Assembly (NCBI GenBank): GCA_964016885.1
Contig: OZ024742.1
Coordinates: 242,172,001-242,236,000, forward strand
Length of the DNA stretch: 64,000 nt
DNA from: Eledone cirrhosa
Lineage: Eukaryota
Direction of reading: 5' to 3'
Part shown: positions 54,703-64,000 of the stretch, piece after piece
How positions within the stretch are numbered: position 1 is the stretch's first letter
Layout: each line of letters begins with the position of its first letter
Notes under the pieces: model-generated
The model's input: only the letters and a program-made list of their open reading frames with translations
The model's database searches: none
What the model was told of the DNA's origin: nothing
Program-made: the position numbers and the translations under genes

Positions 54703-55740
54703 TTTCTCATGTTTAATGCATGCATTAGTTGTATTATGAGCGCAGCTCTATGTGCGTCGGGTATGTGCAGTGATTTAGGGGTGTTGTTTTCATTTCTGTT
54801 ATATTGACGGTAATCTTCGTAAAACGTGTGCAGTGCCAACTAGTCATATTTTCTGTAGGTTGTACATTTGTGAGTCCTGGGGTTTTGGTAATTTATTTGT
54901 ATGCATGTCTTTCTCTATTATTCCCAAAGTCACATATTATAGGATCTCCCTATTTCAAGATTTTTTTCTATGTAGGTAATTTCTCCGTCTAATTGGGAGA
55001 TAAACTAGTTTCGTCTGTTGGAACCATGAATTTGAAGGCATAATTATGTTGGCGTCTTTCTTAAGAGTATCTGGTTGATTAATCTTTATCGCCCTATATG
55101 TGTGTGTTGTCATATTTCACGTTATGGTGGTTTTGTCATTTTGTAATTTTCTAACAACTTGTCTTGTTTTTCTACACTTTTTATGTATATGCCACCATAC
55201 ACTAACTGGAATTACACAATGCTGCTGTAATTTGCAATATATCTAAATCCCAAATCTGTCATATCCATGGAAGTATACTTTCTTCACTATAAGTGGGAAA
55301 CCAGAGACAATGTGTTTAATAGTTTTATCTCCATCTTCACAGTTAATATTAGTGTATTTTGCTTCATTGTGTGCTGTGAGTTGATTCGGGTGAGGTGTTG
55401 ATCCCTCGCTGCAATCAAGAATGCTTCAGTTGCAGTTTTGAGTATTATACGTTTTAGCTAGGTTTGAAAATTTGTCTTGTCTACATTCACTCTATTTTGG
55501 ATATGGTCATTAAATGGCTGTTCTAGTCGTCGTTTTACTACGGAATTTTGTCTCAATATATTTAGCCTCAAATTTAGCTTCCTCTGTTGATTCTCATAAT
55601 TCTTCAAAACTAACTGTCATTCCAGCCTCTATTTGTTTTTCTGTATTTTGAAGATAGAAAACATTATTAGTTCAAGTTCCGTATGAATTTGTATTACCAT
55701 TTTATTATTGAATACGTGTTATATTGTTATTCCTAGAGAG
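54703..55740 (-). mobile_element. Old, decayed R4-like LINE fragment
   Basis: Residual LKTATEAFLIA..DQHL and NQPD motifs on -, adjacent to (TAA)n. Confidence 0.45.
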
Positions 55741-55894
55741 GACATTGTATGATAGTTTTCTAGTTAAATAAGATCGTTACTTCGTGTATTCATGATAAAT
55801 ATGTTTCTAAGTCAGATTTTGAGTAGTGTATTCTAAATGTAGTCATTAATATTATTATCATTTCAAATCTCATCGAGGATAGCGTTGTCTTCCA

Positions 55895-56375
55895 TATTTC
55901 AGGGTTGATAAAATAAAGTACCAGTAATACACTGAGGTCAATTTACTCGACTTTCCGCTCCCCTCAAATTGATGGCCTTGTTCCTAAATCATAAATCATT
56001 ATTATCATATATCCCACCGAGGTTAGCTTTGCCTTTCATCCTTTCAGGATCGATAAAATAAAATACTAATAATGCACTGGGGTCAATTTACTCGACTTTC
56101 CCCCCTCACGAAAGTGTTGTCCTTGTGTCTAAATCAGAAACAATTATTATGTAGGGCGGTGGATTGGCAGTGTCGGTAGAGCGTCGGACAACATGCTTTG
56201 TCCCTTATAGTTACGGCCCTTTGAGTTCTGAGTTCAAATCCCGCTGAGTTTATCTTTACTTTATATCTTTACGGCGTCGATAAAATCAATTACCAGTAAT
56301 GCACTGGAATCGATTTCATCGACTTTTCCCTCTACCAAAATATTGCTCACCTTGTGCCTAAATCAGGAGCCATTG
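55895..56375 (+). mobile_element. Cluster of three SINE copies (longer subfamily)
   Basis: Cores at ~55900, ~56010 and 56154-56370. Confidence 0.8.
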
Positions 56376-56570
56376 TTGATGTTGCTACAGATTTTAGCAT
56401 TCGTTCTTTAATTTTGATTCTTAGGCTTTTAATTCTTCACATAACAAGAAAAACAAATTAATACCAAAACATCTTAAAGGGATAGGAAGTTATATATTCA
56501 AAAAAATAACAGTGCATGTGTATACACCACACACGCACACACACACACGCACACACACACACACACACAA

Positions 56571-56615
<45 letters not shown>

Positions 56616-57111
56616 CATATATGCATACATACATAAAACATACATACATACATTCATACATACATACATATATAGAGAGTTTTGTATATTTATGTTTGTC
56701 TGTCTCTGAAAATAGGTAATTCTTTCTTTGTTATGCATATGTAAATAGACAGACATACATGAATGTGTGTGCACGTGCGTGTTTATGTGTGTGTCCTTAG
56801 TAGAAGTTGATTATTTAATGATATTGAAAAGATCAATTAGAAAGACAATCGAAAATACAACAGGGCGTAAATAAAAGTGTAAATGAGTATGAGACAAATA
56901 CAGTGTTAATAAACGATCAATGAAGATGTGGAAAAATCGTTTACAAACAGAAGAGATATAGAATAAGTAATGTATTGAAAATGCAGTGACTTGGCAGAAT
57001 CGTTAGAGAAGCTGATTAAAATATATCTCAGTATTTGTTTCGGCTCACTAAGCTCTGAGTTCAAATCCCGTCAATGTGAAGCGCGTAAAAGAGATTTTTA
57101 AATAAACTTAA

Positions 57112-57343
57112 CCCGTTAGCATTTACATTACTCTATATATACTATTATATTTTCGCAGTAAAAGCTTTATCTTACATAATTATCTCACATAATATCGAAT
57201 CTCTGAGATTTTGATATTTATTTTGAGAACAATATTTTGAGAACAATATCTTAACATCAGTATGCGTTGCCGGTTACACCCAGTTTGAACAGAAAGAGGT
57301 GGCAGAATTCTGGCCGGATACGGCCGGTTTAAATGCTAAAGGG
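57112..57343. mobile_element. piggyBac-type MITE
   Basis: TTAA|CCCGTTAGCATTTA ... TAAATGCTAAAGGG|TTAA. TIR 13/14 identical, TTAA TSD. Confidence 0.8.
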
Positions 57344-57524
57344 TTAAAGGGACCCAATAAAAATATGTTGAACAAATATATTGATATGGAATAGTGTGTT
57401 ATGTTAACGTCGTACAATTTTCTGAGTTTGGTGCTGACGGCAGACGTGGGAAGAGGTACGTAACTTCTTATTACAAACGGGTGCTAGAATACTTTGTTCA
57501 GGTAGTTATCAGAATTTGGATGCA

Positions 57525-57655
57525 ATAATTGTTTCTACTTTTGGCACAAGGCCAACAATGACCCAGTACATTACTGGTACTTTATTTTATCGACCCCGTA
57601 AGGATGAAAGGCAAAGTTAACCACGACGGGATTTGAACTCAGACCGTAAAGGGAT
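57525..57655 (-). mobile_element. 5'-truncated SINE
   Basis: Matches the consensus on -. Confidence 0.85.
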
Positions 57656-58376
57656 TGAAATATACTAATAATAATACTACAGTTTGCCTGTCTTGACTTA
57701 AGATAATTAATCAACAAAAACAAATTGTATTGGTCGTGTAGCTAACTTGGTCATTTATAATACAAACATGAATATGTTGATATTTGTGTTTATCAAATAT
57801 ATTAATTTATATTAACCTGTATTACACGGCTCAGAAATACTCTTTCTTTGAGCTATTTCATTGTAAAAGACTGCCTGAGATTTGAACTCATTATTATAGA
57901 TTTATCACTGCTCCCTCGTTGAGCTGAATTTAGCCCCATACAAACGGCTGTTATTTCTAGCAGCACGAGTATGTGACTAGCTAGACACTGGATAACCGCG
58001 CGAAATTACCTCGTGCGCTAAACAGTCTTTCTAAATATTTTGAAGTGGAACATACCAATTTTTATAGTGCTTGCTGAGGAGATCAAAATGCGGTATTCTT
58101 CCACTTTTTCATTATTCGAAACATATTTGGATTTTAAGGTTTAAGCCTGTCTACGGAACAGGTTTGATTTTGAAATTTAAATTTGTCCAAGCACCACGGC
58201 CATTGCCAATACAATTTGTTTTTGTTGATTTATGATCTTAAGTCAAGACAGGCAAACTGTAGTATTATTATTAGTATATTTCAATCTAGCTAACTTGGTC
58301 ATTTACAAAAATGTTTGGCCTTGTTCCCAAATCAGAAATCATTATTATTATTATTTATCTTTATTTATATTTATCA

Positions 58377-58570
58377 GGCGGTGGATTGGCAGTATTGGTA
58401 GAGTGTCGGATGCCATGCTTTGGCGCATAGAGTTACGGCCCTTGCCATTCTGAGTTCAAATCCCGCCGAAGTTAACTTTACCTTTCATCCTTACGAGGTC
58501 GATAAAATAAAGTACCAGTAATGTACTGGATAATTGCTGGCCTTGTGCCTAAAGTAGAAACAATTATTAT
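58377..58570 (+). mobile_element. Full-length SINE
   Basis: GGCGGTGGATTGGCAGTATTGG head, B box, core and tail. Confidence 0.9.
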
Positions 58571-58663
58571 TTATCTTTATTTACATACCATTTATGTGCC
58601 TTCTACTCCCACTTCTCTTCATTTAATACGTATCACCGACTTTCGTTTTTGTTTCATTGTTCT

Positions 58664-58694
<31 letters not shown>

Positions 58695-58727
58695 GAGACA
58701 CGCAACACACACACGCATACATGTGTG

Positions 58728-58759
<32 letters not shown>

Positions 58760-59504
58760 CATATCCTGTGTGAGTGTATGCGCCAATGCTTATATATCAT
58801 TATATTACAAACACATGCATATTTCGAGTTTATATACGTATTCAAATATTCGTGCTCGTAAGTAATTAAATATTAGCTCTTACGTATATTTTGTTTAATT
58901 GAGAGTTGTAAATATTTTTTTTAAAGCTAATAAGATGTTCTATTAAAATTCACAAACATGTTTTGTGTTTATTTCAACTGTCTTTTATGGCTATTGTGTC
59001 CCTAAAACTGTGTTATTTAAAATTTGCATAATTAACCTGCTAGGTATTTTCAATTTAACAATCATAAAGATTTTTTTCATTTTATAAGAACATAAATTGC
59101 TTCTTTTACATGAATTGTATTTTTGATTTTAGTATGAAAGCTCTTTCTATTAATCATCATTCGATAGTAAACAATTATTCAAAAAACATACGAAACTAAC
59201 ATGCTTGTATATTTTAGGCAACTCTTATTTTCAGTTTGTTTACATTTAATCGATTCTTTGCATTATAGTATATTTAATATTGAAATAATATTTTGTGTTC
59301 GTGACATACAGTTACACAATCATAATACTAATTGTTATAAATGAAAGTTATACAATGGTCTAGGACATGATTTATGAATTAGTTAACTTCGAATGTCTTC
59401 TAAGTGTCAAGAGCAATTGGGATACATTTATTACTTTAGTGCTTTGTTCTTGGTGTGTAAATTTGTTTATCCTTTTGTTGTTCTTACACGTACACACACA
59501 CACA

Positions 59505-59599
<95 letters not shown>

Positions 59600-59808
59600 A
59601 CGTCTTAATGTAAATTACTATAGTAGTAGTTGAACACCATGAGTAGTAGTTCAGAAAATCGGGTAAAGTACCCATGGAAACGAAAAAAAGTATTCAAATA
59701 TAAATATAGTCCATTTCGTAGGCAAGACTAGACTTCAAATATATACATGCACACACAAACACGCACACGCACACATGCACACACACACACACACAAACAC
59801 ACAAACAC

Positions 59809-59842
<34 letters not shown>

Positions 59843-59864
59843 ATATATATATATATGTGTATAT

Positions 59865-59933
<69 letters not shown>

Positions 59934-59995
59934 ATATATTGTATATATTGTATATATATATATATATATAATAATTTTATTTCTTGCCTTAGCAT

Positions 59996-60034
<39 letters not shown>

Positions 60035-60039
60035 CATAT

Positions 60040-60360
60040 ATATACATATATGTATATATGCAAACACATATATACATATACATATGAACGTATGGGTTGT
60101 ATCGAACATTTATAATAATATTCGCTTCGTTTGTAAACAAACGACCCGATTAAAGCTGCGGCGTGCCGATGATGGGTAATGACCCAGAAACATGATGATT
60201 GTTCCTCAATGCCAGTGTTAAATAAACGGATGACAATTTGTCATCGGCAAATCGGGTCGTTTGTTTACAAACGAATCGAATATTATTATTAATGTTCGAT
60301 AAAACCCATACGTACATATGTATGTGTATATATGTGTTTGCATATATACATATATGTATA
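60040..60360. repeat. Fold-back; arms ~60040-60151 and 60250-60360
   Basis: Reverse-complementary arms run out into interrupted microsatellite. CCGATGA-TGGGT(AATG)ACCCA-GAAA at 60166-60190. Confidence 0.75.
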
Positions 60361-60368
60361 TATATATG

Positions 60369-60425
<57 letters not shown>

Positions 60426-60426
60426 G

Positions 60427-60549
<123 letters not shown>

Positions 60550-60606
60550 AATATATGTACATATGTATATATACATATACATATATATATAAATATATAT
60601 ATATAC

Positions 60607-60638
<32 letters not shown>

Positions 60639-60834
60639 CTGTGTTTGTGTGTGTGTGTGTGTGTACATGCATACATAGATTCACACGTACAGAAGAACAT
60701 GTATCTATAAAATGCTATAGATACAGGGGTATAATACCATGGTTGTCTCAAACATGATACCATGGGTACAGTAATACAGTGTCTTGCAGTGATAGTTCCA
60801 GTAGATTAATATGATGCCATTAGATAGTAACATT

Positions 60835-61017
60835 GGTGGATTGGCAGTATTGGTAGAGGGGGGGGGGCATGCTTTGCAGCATACTTACGGCTCTTTGTGG
60901 TCTGAGTTCAAATCCCGACGAGGTTAACTTTCCCTTTCATCCTTACAAGGTCTATAAAATAAAGTACCAGTAATACACTGGGATTATTGCTGGCCTTGTG
61001 CCAAAAGTAGAAACAAT
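60835..61017 (+). mobile_element. SINE copy
   Basis: Matches the consensus. Confidence 0.88.
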
Positions 61018-61346
61018 GATGTCAAAATGATAGTACTATGATGATATAATTACAGCAAAATGATATCTGAGTTAGAGATACATGACTTCCTAATGCAGCA
61101 TAAGCTGTCACATATACATTAATCCCATGACATAAATACATTAATATACACTAATCCCATGACATAATTACCTTAATATGTTGTAATATGTGTAGCCATA
61201 TAGTGTTTTAGAAATATAGTTATTGTAATAGTTATTGTAACAATGTGTGAAAGTAAGAGAAATATGTTCGTATATAATATTTTACATTAATCCCGTATAT
61301 AAATTGTTTCATAATATTGTTTATATTTACATCGTATATTTAGCAG

Positions 61347-61559
61347 GAAATATCTTGTTTTCTCGGTGATATGGAACTGCTCACATCTTTAGACTCTGGA
61401 ACATTCCAACAAGTCTTCCTTGCATATCAAGATATGATACTTCCTCTCTTGGAATCGTCCGCAAAATTTGTCAAGAAAATACCCGGATTCCGAAGTCTTC
61501 CGTTAACAGACCAAATTAATCTTTTAAAACACGGGAGCTTTCCAGTCGCGACTCTTCTT
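61347..61559 (+). CDS. PPAR: PPAR-like nuclear receptor, LBD helices 3-5 exon
   Basis: tagcAG|GAA ... CTT|GTAAGT. EISCFLGDMELL...KFVKKIPGFRSLPLTDQINLLKHG carries the NR signature FxKxIPGFxxLxxxDQxxLLK. Phase 0 matches the previous exon. Confidence 0.9.
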
Positions 61560-61823
61560 GTAAGTAATAATATATAAAAATATGATAGAAATATTTTAAA
61601 AGTAATATATATGCATTCTCAGTTCTATGGATATCAAACACATCCTCCACCAGTTGCTATCTTTCACAATTATACTGGCATCGACTGACTTCATATAATA
61701 ACGAAATGAAGATGATGACACAGTTATTTTTTTCTGTTCCATCAATCAATCTATGTATCTCTATGTCTATCTATCTGTCTAGCTATCTATCTATCTTTTT
61801 CTTTCTCTCGTTTTCTCTCTCTT

Positions 61824-61916
<93 letters not shown>

Positions 61917-62371
61917 CATAAGCATGTCAATGTGGATAATCCTTTCTACTTCACTAGCCAGTTTGTCAGATACCATTCTAGATTGTCATATACATCGGAA
62001 AAATCATGATAAAATCATAACGCCTGTCAAGAAGCCATTACTTCTTTCAGTAAAGTTTTAAAATGTATGGGAAATGTTATACGACATAAATATCAGTATC
62101 AACATTAGCTTGATTTTCTGCAGGTAATTGGATATACGTATGTATGTATGTATGTATGTATGTATGTATGTATGTATGTATGTATGTATGTATGTATGTA
62201 TGTATGTATGCATGTATGTGTGTATGTATGATGTGTGCATGTATGCGTGTATGCGTGTATGCGTGTATGCATGTATGCGTGTATGCATGTATGCGTGTAT
62301 GCATGTATGCGTGTATGCATGTTATAGGTGTACAAAAGTCTTTTGTATGCACATATACACGCATATATACC

Positions 62372-62414
<43 letters not shown>

Positions 62415-62934
62415 CTGCGTGGTCTGTGTGTGTGTATGTGTGTGTGTGTGTAGCAATATCCGTAGGTGTGAGGAGGGAGGACAGCAGAAATATTATATTA
62501 TTTATTTATGTTCATTCCCGGAACGAAAGCTCTACTCAAGGTTTCAAGGCTCAAATTTGATCATACCTCCAGAATACAAGAGGCATCAAATTAATTACCT
62601 TTTTTCGGGCGATTATACGAGCTTACAAGTTACCGTTTAAAGTAAAGCGTGCGATAAATACGTATTTACGAAAAAAAGTATTATAACAAGTGGAAATAAC
62701 TAAGATGTGAATTTGAGACCACTCATGTGTTTCTGTTCATATACTATTACAGTTGTATTGTATTATGCGGTGAAATGTAATATAGAAATGGTAATATTTA
62801 TCAAAGTATGGAACAGAGTTGTATAGACATTGTATTGTATTACGTGAACGTGGAAAGAGAAAGAGAAAGAGAAAGCTATAACGGACATATATAAGTCAAA
62901 TTAATGTGGTTGGAAATCATTCAAATTTGTTAAA

Positions 62935-63752
62935 ACTGCATGCTTATCAGCAAAAAAATCATGCATGGATATGTTGCCAGGAAGCTCCAAAATGAGAGTA
63001 ATATAGATAAGGAAAGTAGTCTATCTTGGACCAACAACCGCTATATTGGCTCCCACTTTGAAGGATACGCTTTTGCAATCCAAGAACAGGAAATTAACAC
63101 GAAATACCTGATTCACAAAAGTGATAGGGATGCAGGCAAAAAACCTAGATGTGATAATAAGTGCAGACTCTGCAGAATTAACATCGAAGATGTCACCCGT
63201 GTCATAAGCAGCTGTCCAAAGATGTCATCGCGGTACTATCTACCTATGAGGCATGATGTAGTGGACAAAACACTGTACAATACAATCCATAGAAAAGATA
63301 GCCCCGATAATAAACACATTAAAAGCTACAGCAATGTGGAAGACATCCATATACATAATATGAAAGAGTACTGGCGGAATGTTCCAGTAAAAATACCAAT
63401 AAATGCAGGCATAACAGACCAGATATTATGATACGGGACAGGGAAAAGAAAGCATGCACAGCAGTGGAAATTAGCTGCCCAGCAGATGCCAATATAATAT
63501 CAAAGATTAGCGAAAGGGAGAATATTTATGCAGAACTGATGAGAAATCTGCAGATACTCCACCCTCCACCTTCAGATTTATGCCTGTGCTTATTGGAGCA
63601 CTGGAGTATGTTAGTAACTGCCTCAATACAAATCTTGAGAAGCTAGGCTTCACAGGAACAGAAAGGACACAACTAGGTAGGAAATTACAAGTACAATCCA
63701 TTAATGGAACAGTAAAAATATGTAAAACATTCCAAACATTTTGCATCTAATA
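62935..63752 (+). mobile_element. R4/Dong-like RLE LINE 3' fragment, another family
   Basis: FEGYAFAIQEQEI..CRLC..EDVTRVISSC..RHDVV; RPDIMI..VEISCP. Frameshifted. Confidence 0.85.
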
Positions 63753-64000
63753 ACTGCATATACACATGTACAGATACAAAGCATATACACATACACACAT
63801 ACAACTCAAAACATACACATTCACTAACATCCATATCTACACATGCATGCATGCATGCAGGCATACATACATAATCTATATAGTTGATGTTGTGTACATT
63901 CCAATGAGAGAGTCTTGTTTCTATTTAGAAACCGACTCTCTCTCTATTGGTAAAAATTTGTGAAATTATAAAACCAGAAACACACACACACACACACACA

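Noticed and set aside
58377-58465. SINE heads as tRNA genes
   Set aside because: A and B boxes only, with no cloverleaf; they continue into the SINE core.
61111-61168. ~24 bp direct repeat ATATACATTAATCCCATGACATAA near the LBD exon
   Set aside because: Ordinary local duplication with no evidence of function.

Overview
AT-rich, microsatellite-saturated animal DNA, most likely an octopus or other coleoid (inferred from the SINE family and repeat landscape, not proven). The only host gene is a + strand PPAR-like (NR1C) nuclear receptor with four coding exons: 19316-19429, 30427-30571, 38988-39199 and 61347-61559. They splice in frame and encode both zinc fingers, the hinge and LBD helices 1-5; the start exon and the rest of the LBD were not found. 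The introns and upstream region hold a tRNA-derived SINE, a non-autonomous LTR element with a tRNA-Trp PBS, CRE, Tx1/L1 and RTE fragments, a piggyBac-type MITE and a ~11 kb head-to-tail pile of R4/Dong LINEs in (TAA)n. The most striking signal is about ten unrelated fold-back (long inverted repeat) insertions in (TA)n. Most share one architecture: one arm with a unique tail, an inverted tail-less arm, and often a 0-9 nt hairpin apex. Nearly all carry type I hammerhead ribozyme folds, and one encloses a Penelope-like GIY-YIG ORF remnant. The Penelope-hammerhead link is established knowledge. What stands out here is the recurrence of non-canonical cores (CCGUCGA in two unrelated families, CCGAUGA in two to three, a compensated U3-A8 core) and the snap-back geometry inside a nuclear receptor pre-mRNA. 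All folds were read by eye and none has been tested. Nearly all ORFs in the supplied track are microsatellite artefacts or TE fragments.
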